From positions 128,001 to 192,000 of the forward strand of contig JAYFMW010000026.1 in assembly GCA_042408215.1 (NCBI GenBank): a DNA stretch of 64,000 nucleotides. The letters are read 5' to 3'. The position numbers and the translations under genes were made by a program. Each line of letters opens with the position of its first letter. Within the stretch, counting starts at the first letter, position 1. This DNA is from Microcoleus sp. Lineage in GTDB: Bacteria; Cyanobacteriota; Cyanobacteriia; Cyanobacteriales; Microcoleaceae. This document shows, one piece after another, positions 19,530-30,113 of the stretch. Below the pieces are notes generated by a model. The model saw nothing but the letters and a program-made list of their open reading frames with translations. It searched no databases and was not told where the DNA came from.

Positions 19530-21692
19530 TTAGAAAGTAAAAGTCGTGCGGAGGACTCCCACCCCTACTGTGTCATTATCCTTAGTTCCTTCAGGATTGA
19601 ACAGCACAAAAGCTCCGGGTGTAATGCTGATATTATCGTTGACTTTGAAGCGATAATAAGCTTCTAAATGATAAGGAGTTGCTTTATTTTGCTGAAAGCG
19701 AGCACCGCCACTTACCGAATCGCGATCGAGCGGCTGTCCAAACAGAATACCTGCATTATTGCCCTGTGCGAACAAATCTCGGAAATGGAAACCTACCATC
19801 CAACTGTTGAAAGTTGTAGAAGCATTACTTCTTTCAGCGTCAGCAATTATCCAACCTCCATAGGTAGAAACAGCAATTTTCGGAGTAACCCGCCAAGTTA
19901 AAGTACCGCCAAACGAATTCATCGTCACACCGCCGCCAACAGGTTCTCTATTTGTTCCCAAAATTGAACCCAAATCGGCATCACTTAATCCTGTAGCCAA
20001 AATATTCAATTTGTGACGACTATGAGCGTAATTTAAACCTATGTCGATACTGCTGGTAGGCTTAATAGTTAACTGCGCCGCAGCAACGGTACTACCATCA
20101 AATGCACCCGCTCCTAAAGGCGTAGCAGGAAAGCCTAAATCAGCCGGCAAAGCTGCATTTACACTGCCGTACAATGCTGTGAGATTAACTTTTTTGGAAA
20201 CGTTCCAAATAAACCCACCTGCTGATGCCAAACCGCTGCCAGAAGTGCCGCCGGATACGCGAACTACAGGGTTGTAAGCTGCAAACCTAGAGACAGCTTC
20301 TTGCCCTTCTCCAGCAAAGGGAGTAATTGCTTGAAAAGCATCGGAAGTTTCGGCTTTCGGGCCGGCAAATAAAGTGATGCTGTTAGTAACTGGGAAGACG
20401 TAAAGCAGCTTATAAAGTTCAACAGCATTGGCGTCAATGCTCGATAAAGTCTGAGGATTGATTCCCGGAAATTGCGGTTCAAAACTCAGCTTTGCTTGAC
20501 TGTCAGACAAACCGCTAAATGCCCCTGTTGACAAACCTAAATTCGGGCCGAAACTGCGAATGTTGTAAGCTTGCAAGCCAGTTATCAGCGTATCTTTGCC
20601 TGTAAAACTGGTCAGCAGATTCAAGCGCAATCGGTAGTTTAAGACTGTTTCAGTCTCCCTGTGATTGTTTTTGGTAGTATCAGCCACGCTAAAAATTGCT
20701 TCGCCGCTGAGTTTAGTTGTTGTCGAAAATTGATTCGCTTCGAGTTCGGAAGTACGAGCTTCTAACCCATCGACTCGACCCCGCAAAGTGGCTAATTCTG
20801 CTGCAAATTCTTCTTGCAATCTTTGCAGTTTTGTTAAGTCTTCCTTGGTGGCTAAGTTGGTTGTACCTGCTTTAATTAGCTCAGTAACTTTATCCAAGCA
20901 AGCGTTTAAACCGGCGGCAAATTCGTAGCGAGTCATGGCCCGATTTCCTCGGAATGTGCCGTCGGGATATCCCGCTATGCAGCCGTATCTTTCTACAAGA
21001 GATTGCAGGGCTTGAAATGCCCAGTCTGTCGGGCGCACGTCGGAGAGTTGAGATACAGATGTTACTTGTTGCAGTTCCCTTGAGTCTGAAGTTTCGCTGT
21101 TGGTTGCTGCGGGTTCTAAGGAACTACTGTTTTCGATTTCGGCTAACTTTTGGGAAGTAGAAGTTTCTGTTGGTACTGGCGTAGATGTGGCTGTTTGGGC
21201 CATAACTGGTGCTAGTGGGTTTTGAGCAGGAATGACTGATGTTTGGGCCTCAATTTCTGCTGCTGTCTGCGGGCTTTGGGGCGAAGTAGCAGATGTTTCT
21301 GCTGTAAGTGTTGCTGGTTCTGGGTTGGCTGGTTTGGCTGCTAAATTTAATGAGTTTTCCGGCGGATTTTCGGCGGTAAATGCTGCTGTTTGCGGGCGAT
21401 CGCCTTTAGCGCTGTCTTCGGGGAGATTGGCGAGTTCCCTAGCTGTTGAGAGGGGATGACCCGTGTTTTCAACTTCCACCGCATCGGCTGGTTTTAACTC
21501 ACCTATTCCCGGACTTTTGACCTGATTATCAACTGTTTGAGCCGGGCTTATTTCAGTTTCTAATTGTTTCAACTGTTCAGTAGCTAATGTCTCTTTCTCT
21601 GCGACGGGAGGCATCGCTGCCAATGGTAGAGAACCGACAAGTAAATACAGTAAACCTATGCCACCAGCACTAAATAGTAGACGTCCTTTCAT
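19530..21692 (-). CDS. SLH-domain outer-membrane porin (OprB/SomA family)
   Basis: QVTSVSQLSDVRPTDWAFQALQSLVERYGCIAGYPDGTF, FSTTTKL, terminal LRTTFTF. Confidence 0.93.
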   Translation of the reverse strand: MKGRLLFSAGGIGLLYLLVGSLPLAAMPPVAEKETLATEQLKQLETEISPAQTVDNQVKSPGIGELKPADAVEVENTGHPLSTARELANLPEDSAKGDRPQTAAFTAENPPENSLNLAAKPANPEPATLTAETSATSPQSPQTAAEIEAQTSVIPAQNPLAPVMAQTATSTPVPTETSTSQKLAEIENSSSLEPAATNSETSDSRELQQVTSVSQLSDVRPTDWAFQALQSLVERYGCIAGYPDGTFRGNRAMTRYEFAAGLNACLDKVTELIKAGTTNLATKEDLTKLQRLQEEFAAELATLRGRVDGLEARTSELEANQFSTTTKLSGEAIFSVADTTKNNHRETETVLNYRLRLNLLTSFTGKDTLITGLQAYNIRSFGPNLGLSTGAFSGLSDSQAKLSFEPQFPGINPQTLSSIDANAVELYKLLYVFPVTNSITLFAGPKAETSDAFQAITPFAGEGQEAVSRFAAYNPVVRVSGGTSGSGLASAGGFIWNVSKKVNLTALYGSVNAALPADLGFPATPLGAGAFDGSTVAAAQLTIKPTSSIDIGLNYAHSRHKLNILATGLSDADLGSILGTNREPVGGGVTMNSFGGTLTWRVTPKIAVSTYGGWIIADAERSNASTTFNSWMVGFHFRDLFAQGNNAGILFGQPLDRDSVSGGARFQQNKATPYHLEAYYRFKVNDNISITPGAFVLFNPEGTKDNDTVGVGVLRTTFTF

Positions 21693-21732
21693 TACAAATC
21701 CTCACCAAATAAATTGTAAAATTGCTATTACG

Positions 21733-21827
21733 CAGTCCTGGACGCACCTACTCTATAGGTAGGGTGAAGCAAACCGCACCTTACCGCTATAAATAGCGTG
21801 TCAAACCACTTGGGGCGTCCAGGACTG
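21733..21827. mobile_element. MITE-like element (family D)
   Basis: Perfect 13-bp TIR CAGTCCTGGACGC/GCGTCCAGGACTG; single ends also near 25420 and 37903. Confidence 0.7.
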
Positions 21828-22048
21828 TTACATTTACCAAATTATAAATCTATTTGGGAGCGCAACTAAAAAGTTTTGAATTAACAATTTTTAGATCTTT
21901 CATCCATCATATAAGTACAACCAACTAAGCTGTCGTGGATTTAAATTTTAGGTTGTGGGCTCTCCGGCCCACCCCACAAGAGTTTGATTGTTTTTTAACA
22001 GACAATTTAAATGCTCTTGGGCCGATCGCCAAACAGGTAGTTAGACAA

Positions 22049-23302
22049 CTATTTTTTCAACCTGCGATCGACAATCTGCAAAATCAAGATAGCAACACCA
22101 ACACTCGCAGCCAAACCCAACCAAAAATTATCCGCTGCAAACTTTCCTTTATCCAAAGCCCAACCACCCAAAGGTGGCCCGATTAAATATCCGATCGCCC
22201 AACACTGAGAATTAATTGACAAATACACGCCCCGCAAAGACTCTGGGGCTAATTCCACCACCAAACCAGAAGCAAAAGGAGTGTAAGCAACAGTAGCAAC
22301 GGACAAAAAGAACAAGCCTAAAGCAGCCAAAAACAGATTACCAGTTGCAGCCATTCCCGTCAAGCCGATCGCCATAAATCCCATACCCCAAAGCCAAGCA
22401 GAAATCATCAAAGCTCGCGGACAAGAAAACCGCCTCAGCGCCCTAGCAATCGGCATTTGCAAGACCACAGTCAAAAAAGTGCTAAAAGCAAACAAAACAC
22501 TAATTGTAGCCGTAGAAAAGCCTTTTCCCGACCCTTCCACCGAGACAAAGTTGCTAAAGTACAGGGGCATAGTGGTTTGGGTTTGGGCAATATATAAAGT
22601 AAACATAGTATTGACAACAACATAGACTAGCAAAGTGCGATCGCCCAGCGCCACCATCCAGCCATTTTGCTTGCCCTTTTTTCCTGTATTCACTGAAGTA
22701 GATGGTTTGTAGGTTTCTGATATCGCGCCCCAAACCACCGCAAAAAGTATCAAAAACGAGATAGCATCAATAATAAAAAGCGAGCGATAATTCCCAGTTA
22801 CCGCAATCAAAAAACCGCCCAAAATAATCCCCACCTGCAAACCCAAATTATCAGCCAGTCGCGTCAAAGCAAAAGCCTCCTGTCGCTGTTCGCCCTCTCC
22901 TAAATCCGCCACCAGAGTTTCCGTTGCGGGCCAATATAAACCAACACCAAAACCCATCAGTAAATTCGCCACAACTAAGCTGGAGAAATCATTAGCAGCC
23001 GCCAGCAGGAAACAAGCCACAGCAGAAATAATTGCCGAAAGTAATAAAGTTCGCCGCCTTCCCCAAAATTTAGAATCACAAAAAGAACCGCCTAAAATCC
23101 GACCAAATATCCCAGAAATCGAACCGCTTCCCAAGCCAATCCCCACAGCAGTAGCAGATAAACCGACTTGAGAGACAAAATATATAGGTGCGTAAAATAG
23201 AGTAAAACCAGTGCCGCTTTGGGAGAGGAATCTGCCGGCGGCGAGAATCCAAACTTGAGGAGGAAGACGGGGAAACCAAGATGGTAATTTAGGTTTAGGC
23301 AT
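22049..23302 (-). CDS. MFS transporter
   Basis: About 12 hydrophobic segments; GSFCDSKFWGRR motif-A-like loop. Confidence 0.88.
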   Translation of the reverse strand: MPKPKLPSWFPRLPPQVWILAAGRFLSQSGTGFTLFYAPIYFVSQVGLSATAVGIGLGSGSISGIFGRILGGSFCDSKFWGRRRTLLLSAIISAVACFLLAAANDFSSLVVANLLMGFGVGLYWPATETLVADLGEGEQRQEAFALTRLADNLGLQVGIILGGFLIAVTGNYRSLFIIDAISFLILFAVVWGAISETYKPSTSVNTGKKGKQNGWMVALGDRTLLVYVVVNTMFTLYIAQTQTTMPLYFSNFVSVEGSGKGFSTATISVLFAFSTFLTVVLQMPIARALRRFSCPRALMISAWLWGMGFMAIGLTGMAATGNLFLAALGLFFLSVATVAYTPFASGLVVELAPESLRGVYLSINSQCWAIGYLIGPPLGGWALDKGKFAADNFWLGLAASVGVAILILQIVDRRLKK

Positions 23303-23764
23303 TACAGTGCGATCGTCACAGCTATCATAATATAGCGCTCATAAATCATTGATGAACCTCTCTCTTCTCTGACTCTGCGTTCTCTGTGTTCTCTGTGGTT
23401 AATTGAAAGAAAAAATCTCGTTCACAAATGTGTAGAAGATGGCTACATTGAACGCGCCTTCCCAGTTCGGTAAAAAAATCTAGTTCACAAATGTGGGGAA
23501 TTGCATTTTCACATCGACTTCTGACCGATTTCCTATATAACTAAAGCCTTCCGCCTTCTGACTTCTGCCTTCCGCCTTCTGCCTTCTGACTTCAACATCC
23601 GGCTATACGATCGCCATTTCCATCGCTCCTGGGGACTTTCAATAAAAATTATTACTCAATTATACACAAAAGTTAGCATTAATTTAAAAATACTTAACAC
23701 GATTTGAGCCAAAAATTGGTTAAGGTAAAAAAGAGACAAAAAAGGTTTAGAGGCTTGAAATTTT

Positions 23765-24268
23765 ATGACAGCTATTACATCAAGAGTAGAATCTATCAGA
23801 CCCCGCTGGCAAGCAATTGTCATGGTAGCATTAATTTTCTGGCTCAGCGGCAGCCTGATTTTGGATCTAGTAATTATGCCCAGCCTGTACGTGTCTGGAA
23901 TGATCGCATCTCCCGAATTTGCAACGGCGGGAAACTTAATGTTCTGGGGATTCAACCGCGTTGAGTTAATTTGTGCAGGCTTGGTGGCGACGGGTTTGAT
24001 GGTTTTGAGCAATTTATCCAACGGCTTCGGCAAGGATCAGCGCACAGCAATTATATTATCTTTGGTACTTCTGGCGATCGCCCTGATTGACACCTACGCT
24101 CTGACACCCCAAATGAGCGCCTTGGGAATGCAGCTAAATCTGTTCGACGCCACAGCCGAAGTGCCCACCGGGATGAATCTACTCCACCAAGCTTATTTCG
24201 GTTTGGAAGCAGTCAAGTTGGCTGTCGGTGGCACACTGCTGAGCTGGTGCTATCAGCATCAAGCTTAA
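23765..24268 (+). CDS. Membrane protein, DUF4149-like
   Basis: Hydrophobic helices; FNRVELICA and LTPQM..L motifs of a conserved cyanobacterial family. Confidence 0.7.
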   Translation: MTAITSRVESIRPRWQAIVMVALIFWLSGSLILDLVIMPSLYVSGMIASPEFATAGNLMFWGFNRVELICAGLVATGLMVLSNLSNGFGKDQRTAIILSLVLLAIALIDTYALTPQMSALGMQLNLFDATAEVPTGMNLLHQAYFGLEAVKLAVGGTLLSWCYQHQA

Positions 24269-24394
24269 TCGACAATAAAAATTAGAGACAAGTAGGGACA
24301 CGGCACTGCCGTGTCCTACAATGAATTGGGGTAGGGACACGGCACTGCCGTGTCCTACCATGAATTGGGGTAGGGAAACGACTGTCTTGTCCTC

Positions 24395-24697
24395 TTATTC
24401 GGATTCTTGTGGCACATCAGATAATTCAGCTTTGGGCCACAGCAAACGCAGGCCCATCACAGCAAATCCGATCGCCGCCATCCCCTTTACCAGACGTGCC
24501 GGCAATACCTCAGCCGTACCTTGCCCGATTAAAACACCGATTAAAGTCGCCAGCAGCAGCGCCGACGCCGTGCCGAAAAATACAGCCCGCGGCGAAGAGG
24601 AACTACTACCAAGGGCGATCGCAGCTAATTGACTTTTGTCTCCCAATTCTGACAAAAACACTGCAATAAAACTTATTCCTAAAAGTTGCCAATCCAT
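24395..24697 (-). CDS. UPF0016/TMEM165/GDT1 half-transporter
   Basis: Single ELGDKSQ motif, 3 TM segments. Confidence 0.9.
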   Translation of the reverse strand: MDWQLLGISFIAVFLSELGDKSQLAAIALGSSSSSPRAVFFGTASALLLATLIGVLIGQGTAEVLPARLVKGMAAIGFAVMGLRLLWPKAELSDVPQESE

Positions 24698-24722
24698 GTT
24701 TTTTGGATATAGTTCTAGAGGT

Positions 24723-24788
24723 AGAAACCGGGTTTTTTACGAAAACACTGGATTTGAGGCATTAACACTGGTGAAAAACCCGGTTTCT
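24723..24788. repeat. AGAAACCGGGTTTTT inverted-repeat element
   Basis: Same arms at 25344-25407 and, in opposite order, 28904-28941. Confidence 0.75.
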
Positions 24789-24817
24789 TTGATATTTATG
24801 TGTCAATCATCAGACAA

Positions 24818-25291
24818 TTAACCAAGCACTTCCCACACAAGTGCCACCGAAATCGCTAGCAAAATCCCTCCGGCTACTCTCTCCAAAGTTCTCGGAGCAA
24901 TCCGACTTGCTAGCCACCTTCCCAGCAAAACTCCCAACAAACTCGTTGCAATCAAAGCTGAACCAGCACCGGCAAAAACGATCCAAGGATTGTGAGATTC
25001 AGCAGTCATCAGCAGAACCGCAATTTGGGTTTTGTCTCCAATTTCTGCCAAAAAAATAGTTACAAAAGTCGAGGCAAAAACTGCCCAATGCTTTTGCCTC
25101 CATCCTTTTTGTTCTTGACAAACATCTGGATTAGAACTAATTGAAACTTGAGCTGGTTCCGAAGTAACAGCCGGAAAACTATCAGAAACATCTTGTACTT
25201 CTAGTTTGACCTCTTGTGGTAAATCGGAATTGGGGGTAACAGACTCAGAATTAGACAAGCTTGGTAGCACAGAATCAAGTTTCACTGGCAA
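24818..25291 (-). CDS. UPF0016/TMEM165/GDT1 half-transporter with N-terminal extension
   Basis: Single EIGDKTQ motif; start codon uncertain. Confidence 0.85.
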   Translation of the reverse strand: MPVKLDSVLPSLSNSESVTPNSDLPQEVKLEVQDVSDSFPAVTSEPAQVSISSNPDVCQEQKGWRQKHWAVFASTFVTIFLAEIGDKTQIAVLLMTAESHNPWIVFAGAGSALIATSLLGVLLGRWLASRIAPRTLERVAGGILLAISVALVWEVLG

Positions 25292-25493
25292 TCTTGCTAA
25301 ACGCTATTTTTTTTTTGACTTTCTTAGGACTTACAAATACCAAAGAAACCGGGTTTTTTACCGATTCAAGGGCTGTCACGAAATATTCTCGCAAAAACCC
25401 GGTTTCTGAGCATCCGTGTGTCCAGGACTGTTTCTCTTTTAATCTTAACCATCATTTTTGAGCAACTCATTCCTGAAACCACTTACTGGCTGG

Positions 25494-26144
25494 CTAAGTG
25501 CCGTAAGTTCGATCGCCCGCATCGCCCAACCCAGGCACAATAAAGCCCTGTTCGTTGACTATTTCGTCGATCGTCGCCGTGTAGATATTCAAAGTCGGAT
25601 AGTCTACACTCAGGCGTTTCAGAGCCGGAGGAGCAGCCACTACAGAGATAATCCGAATCAAGCTCGGATCTACTCCCCGTGAAGTCAATTCCTGCATCGT
25701 CGCCAAAATCGTCCCGCCAGTCGCCAGCATCGGCTCGCTAATAATCACCCGTGTTTCCGGGTTAAACTGCGCCGGCAACTTGTTTAAATAACAAATCGGT
25801 TCCAGCGTCTCCTCATTCCTTACCATACCCAGGTGGTACACCGACGCCAGCGGCACTACCGTCTGAATTCCCTCCAGCAGAGCCAAACCCGCCCGCAAAA
25901 TCGGCACCACACATAAGGGAGCTTCTGGGTTGATAAACGTCGCCGGACATTCGCCTAAAGGAGTCTGCACCGTTGTTTCCACTGTCGGCAGCCAATCTCG
26001 AATGGCTTCGTAGGCCAGCCACCTTCCCAATTCTGTCATTGCAGAACGAAAAAGTACCGATGGGGTGCCGGAGTCGCGGGCGACAGCCAGCCAGTGCTGA
26101 ATTAACGGATGGGGAGGAACGTAAACGCGGAGTTGCAGGGACAT
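25494..26144 (-). CDS. upp: Uracil phosphoribosyltransferase
   Basis: VPILRAG, EPMLATGGT, IVPGLGDAGDR; start moved to ATG 26144 (MSLQLRVY). Confidence 0.96.
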   Translation of the reverse strand: MSLQLRVYVPPHPLIQHWLAVARDSGTPSVLFRSAMTELGRWLAYEAIRDWLPTVETTVQTPLGECPATFINPEAPLCVVPILRAGLALLEGIQTVVPLASVYHLGMVRNEETLEPICYLNKLPAQFNPETRVIISEPMLATGGTILATMQELTSRGVDPSLIRIISVVAAPPALKRLSVDYPTLNIYTATIDEIVNEQGFIVPGLGDAGDRTYGT

Positions 26145-26300
26145 TGGAAAATTGGGGGAATTGTAAGGTTTTAGGGATTTTGTGCGGTGCGATCGATCGC
26201 ACTGTGAACCGATCATACCCTGAAGCGTATACAAGCCGTCCATTAGAACCCATTCACCACTCAATTTATGTCAATTTATTGAAAAAGTTTTCCCAAAGTA

Positions 26301-26329
26301 TTGACAACTATTAGCAATAAGACTATATT
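26301..26329 (+). promoter_or_regulatory. Sigma70-type promoter with overlapping Fur-box-like imperfect palindrome
   Basis: TTGACA-17 nt-TATATT; ATTGACAACTATTAGCAAT overlaps the -35. Confidence 0.7.
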
Positions 26330-26334
26330 GATTT

Positions 26335-26405
26335 CAGTGTTCTCCTCTCAAAGGATCGGCAGACGGGGGCAGTCGGCAATGGTAGACTGTCCCCGCATTT
26401 TTTTT
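26335..26405 (+). ncRNA. isaR1: Probable iron-stress activated sRNA IsaR1
   Basis: CAGTGTTCTCCTCTCAAAGGATCGGCAGACGGGG 5' region (recognised from memory), intrinsic terminator with U-tail, upp/crtH synteny, Fur-like promoter. Confidence 0.8.
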
Positions 26406-26549
26406 GAAAGGCGCACGGGGCCGAAGAGCCGAAGAGCCCAAGAGCATCGTTAGCCACTAACAAATAACTAATGACTAATGACTAATGACTAATGACTTCT
26501 TCTGGGCGATCGACTGTAAAATTATAAAAACATTAAGATTTTTAACCTA

Positions 26550-28094
26550 ATGTCAGCCCCCACCCAATCCCAGTTATTCTCTGCCAACTCCCGCGCGACA
26601 GCACAAGAGTTTGATGTGATTGTCATCGGTTCCGGCATTGGCGGACTCGTCACTGCAACCCAGCTAGCCGCTAAGAAAGCTAAAGTTCTCGTCCTCGAAA
26701 GCTACCTGATTCCCGGAGGTAGCGCTGGATATTTCGATCGAGAAGGCTACAGATTTGATGTCGGCGCCTCCATGATTTTTGGATTCGGACAGCGCGGCAC
26801 CACCAACCTCCTCACCCGCGCCCTCGAAGCAGTCAATGTCAGCCTAGAAACCATTCCCGATCCCATACAACTTCACTATCATTTACCCGCAGGTCTGGAA
26901 CTTGAAGTTCCCCAGCCTTATGAGAAATACTTGCAAGAACTGACAGACAGATTCCCTCACGAAAGCGCAGGAATCACCAAATTTTACGGCGAATGCTGGA
27001 AAGTCTTCAACTGTCTCAATGCAATGGAATTGCTTTCCCTAGAAGAACCGCGATATTTAATGCGAGTCTTTTTCCAAAATCCTTTTGGCTGTTTGGGATT
27101 AGTAAAATATCTGCCACAAAATACAGGCGACATAGCGCGGCGCTACATAAAAGACCCTATTTTGCTGAAATTTATCGACATGGAATGCTACTACTGGTCA
27201 GTAGTACCCGCAGATTTGACACCCATGATTAATGCCGGAATGGTATTTTCCGACAGACATTACGGCGGAATCAATTATCCCAAAGGCGGAGTCGGACAAA
27301 TTGCCCAAAAATTAGTCGAAGGATTAGAAAAATGCGGCGGGAAAATTCAATACAAAGCTAAAGTGACAAAAATTCTTACAGAAAAAGGCCGCGCTGTCGG
27401 AGTCGAGTTAGCAACCGGCGAAGTTTATCGCGCAAAGCGGATAGTTTCTAATGCAACTCGCTGGGATACTTTTGAGAAATTTTTACCCGCAGCAGAAATG
27501 CCAGCTAGTGAGAAGAAATGGCAGCAGCGCTATCAAAAAGCACCCAGTTTCTTGAGTTTGCATTTGGGAGTGGCCGCAGATGTAATCCCTCCTGGTACGG
27601 CTTGTCATCACATTTTGTTGGAAGATTGGGAGAAAATGGAAGCGCCTGAGGGAACTATTTTGGTGTCAATTCCAACGCTGTTAGACCCAGATTTAGCGCC
27701 GGAAGGATATCACATCGTCCATGCTTTTACTTCCAGTTGGATGGAAGAGTGGGAAGGGCTTTCGCAGCGGGAATATGAGGATAAAAAGGAAGAAGCAGCA
27801 GGCAGAATTATCGATCGCCTAGAGCAAATTTTTCCCGGTTTAGATGCCGGTTTAGATTATATGGAAGTTGGTACAGCGCGATCGCACCGTCGGTTTTTGG
27901 GCCGCGAAGATGGAACTTACGGGCCAATTCCGAAACAAAAGTTAATGGGTTTGTTGGGAATGCCGTTTAATCGAACTTCTCTTCCTGGTTTGTATTGTGT
28001 GGGTGACAGCACGTTTCCGGGACAAGGTTTAAATGCGGTGGCGTTTTCGGGGTTTGCTTGCGCCCATCGAATTGCGGTGGATTTGGGTTTGTAG
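26550..28094 (+). CDS. crtH: Carotenoid (prolycopene) isomerase
   Basis: GSGIGG FAD motif, [29 protein letters not shown]. Confidence 0.93.
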   Translation: MSAPTQSQLFSANSRATAQEFDVIVIGSGIGGLVTATQLAAKKAKVLVLESYLIPGGSAGYFDREGYRFDVGASMIFGFGQRGTTNLLTRALEAVNVSLETIPDPIQLHYHLPAGLELEVPQPYEKYLQELTDRFPHESAGITKFYGECWKVFNCLNAMELLSLEEPRYLMRVFFQNPFGCLGLVKYLPQNTGDIARRYIKDPILLKFIDMECYYWSVVPADLTPMINAGMVFSDRHYGGINYPKGGVGQIAQKLVEGLEKCGGKIQYKAKVTKILTEKGRAVGVELATGEVYRAKRIVSNATRWDTFEKFLPAAEMPASEKKWQQRYQKAPSFLSLHLGVAADVIPPGTACHHILLEDWEKMEAPEGTILVSIPTLLDPDLAPEGYHIVHAFTSSWMEEWEGLSQREYEDKKEEAAGRIIDRLEQIFPGLDAGLDYMEVGTARSHRRFLGREDGTYGPIPKQKLMGLLGMPFNRTSLPGLYCVGDSTFPGQGLNAVAFSGFACAHRIAVDLGL

Positions 28095-28160
28095 GAGGAG
28101 TGTGGCAATAGTTATAGTAGTAAGGTGCGCAGCGCGCACCCTACGAAAGAAGAAAAAGCT

Positions 28161-28238
28161 ATGCTTGCTGAGGATCGAGTTCTTGAACTTGCACAGGATT
28201 GGGTTGAAGCCTGGAATTCTCGCAACCTCGATCGCATC
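28161..28238 (+). pseudogene. 5' fragment of a SnoaL/NTF2-like gene
   Basis: MLAEDRVLELAQDWVEAWNSRNLDRI resembles the NTF2-family N-terminus, then runs into the antisense toxin gene. Confidence 0.6.
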
Positions 28239-28563
28239 AAATATCTAACAGTTTGTCTAGGATCGAGTAAATGTCTTTTTTGTCACCATCTTTACGTCTC
28301 CCCAGTCCTACAACAACCACCATAACTCGATCTTGCTCGACTTTGTAAACAATGCGATAGCGTTGTCCAACGGCTCGGATGCTGCGAAATCCAGATAAGT
28401 TATCAACAAGTGCTTTGCCTTGCTTCTCTGGTTCAATTTTGAGTTTATCAATGCGATCGCGCAGTTTCTCCTGTTCTCGTCTATCTTTGACTTCCGCCAA
28501 CATTTCCAGTGCCAGCGGCGTAAGTTGGATGTCGTATTCGATTGAATTTGCTTCGCCTTTCAT
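28237..28563 (-). CDS. Type II toxin, RelE/ParE family
   Basis: GKAL...L.GFRSIRAVGQRYRIVYKV; ATGA overlap with antitoxin. Confidence 0.88.
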   Translation of the reverse strand: MKGEANSIEYDIQLTPLALEMLAEVKDRREQEKLRDRIDKLKIEPEKQGKALVDNLSGFRSIRAVGQRYRIVYKVEQDRVMVVVVGLGRRKDGDKKDIYSILDKLLDI

Positions 28564-28823
28564 AGTCCCAGTTTGGCTTTAGCATTTTCCCAGGAAACCG
28601 TTTTGCCTTCGCGTGCTTGGGTGATGCTTTGGCGCAGTTTGGTAACGAATTCAATATCGGTGAGAATATCCAAGGTTTCCAGGAGTTCAGTCAAATGGTT
28701 GTAGCTGATTGCCGCCATAACGGGAACACCATCTTGAGTGATGACGATCGGCTCATCAGTGAGTTCCTGAGGTAGGTTGGGAAGCTGCTGCTGTGCTTGG
28801 GCAATGGTGAGTCGTTTCGACAT
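28560..28823 (-). CDS. Type II antitoxin, Phd/YefM family
   Basis: LTIAQAQQQL...PIVITQDGVPVMAAIS...LLETLDIL; start moved to ATG 28823. Confidence 0.88.
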   Translation of the reverse strand: MSKRLTIAQAQQQLPNLPQELTDEPIVITQDGVPVMAAISYNHLTELLETLDILTDIEFVTKLRQSITQAREGKTVSWENAKAKLGL

Positions 28824-28979
28824 GGCTGTATTGTCAAACTTTATTAAGATTATAGCAATACTAATTTTAAATTTAGCACCTGGGCTCAAATACGGCGAAT
28901 CAATTAAAAACCCGGTTTCTGAGTAGAAACCGGGTTTTTTAACTGAAATTTAGCGGTTAGCATTTTGCAACTTGACTAT

Positions 28980-29420
28980 TTATTGATCGTAGTTGCCGCC
29001 GACGCCGATTTGGGTATTGTAGATTTTGGCATCAGTGATTGTCATATCTTCCATTGAGGCGCCGGATACATCTGCGGTGTTAATGATGGCTGCGGTCAGA
29101 TTTGCCCGATCGAGGTCTGCGTTATTTAAACTAGCATTGGTCAGAAAAACTGCCGTCATGTTAGCACCCGTCAAATCAGCACCAGTCAAGTCAGCGCCTT
29201 CGAGGTTGGCCTGAGACAGATTTGCACCTTGCAAATTGGCCGATCTCAAATCAGCACCGATTAAATGAGCGCCTTTCAAATCCGCTCCTGACAAATCGCA
29301 CTGAAAACATTGGCCTGTGGACAGCAACTGCTGGACCTGAAGCGGATTTTCGGCGCGGGCGGGGCCAACTAATACTAGGGGAGTAACTAACAGAGTAGCA
29401 GCTAAGATATAGCGTTTCAT
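28980..29420 (-). CDS. Secreted pentapeptide repeat protein
   Basis: Signal peptide ending ARA-ENP, CxxCDL, A(D/N)LxG repeats. Confidence 0.92.
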   Translation of the reverse strand: MKRYILAATLLVTPLVLVGPARAENPLQVQQLLSTGQCFQCDLSGADLKGAHLIGADLRSANLQGANLSQANLEGADLTGADLTGANMTAVFLTNASLNNADLDRANLTAAIINTADVSGASMEDMTITDAKIYNTQIGVGGNYDQ

Positions 29421-29928
29421 AATCGCTCTTCCTCACTTGATAGGGTGATTAACTTCTTTTATTTATACCTACAATATTAGCATACTTTTTCGCGGAATAT
29501 GCGAGGGAATTCACAGAATATTTGTAACAGTTGCCCCCGCCTGCTTGGCCACCTAGGACCCTGCTAATTTTCACAAAAATTAACACGCAATTTTTGAGTA
29601 ATGTTCCTTTCAAAGCCTAACTGGGAATGGGAAGAGGCTAGTATTTCTGAAGGTAGATGTGAAGGGCGATCGCGCCTGATACCATTATAGACCCAAAGGA
29701 TTAGATTATTTTTAATAAAACTGTCACTTCACTGAGACTTTAGACTTAAAATAGAGATCAGCTTATAATAAAAAAACCTATTGCCAGAACAGTCGCCAGT
29801 GTCCTCGACAAGACGACAGCCCCAACCCTTCCCTAACACCAGGGTGCACTCTTTGATAACATCTCACAAAAAACCTTAATGAGCTGTTCTTCAGTAGTAT
29901 CTTTAAAAACTTAGCTGCTGCAAACAGG

Positions 29929-30059
29929 TATAGCAGTTCTCAATGTTGGTGAGGTATGCCCTATGCCCTATGCCCTATGCCCTATGCCCTATGCCCTATG
30001 CCCTATGCCCTATGCCCGCTTATCAAGCGTGCACCGCACTGTTACTGAGAAAGGCTATA
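29929..30059. mobile_element. MITE-like element (family H) containing (TGCCCTA)n heptamers
   Basis: Ends TATAGCAGTTCTC/GAGAAAGGCTATA. Confidence 0.65.
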
Positions 30060-30113
30060 GTGCCTTTCTCAAAACTGGTATACCCCAAGAGCGATCGCCA
30101 AAATGAATTAACT

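Noticed and set aside
29943..30113. N-terminal ORF extensions such as YALCPMP and QLPITNY (also on the GH3 gene, rplP, rplN, rplO, rpoA)
   Set aside because: Translations of upstream heptamer repeats; starts were moved to the conserved position
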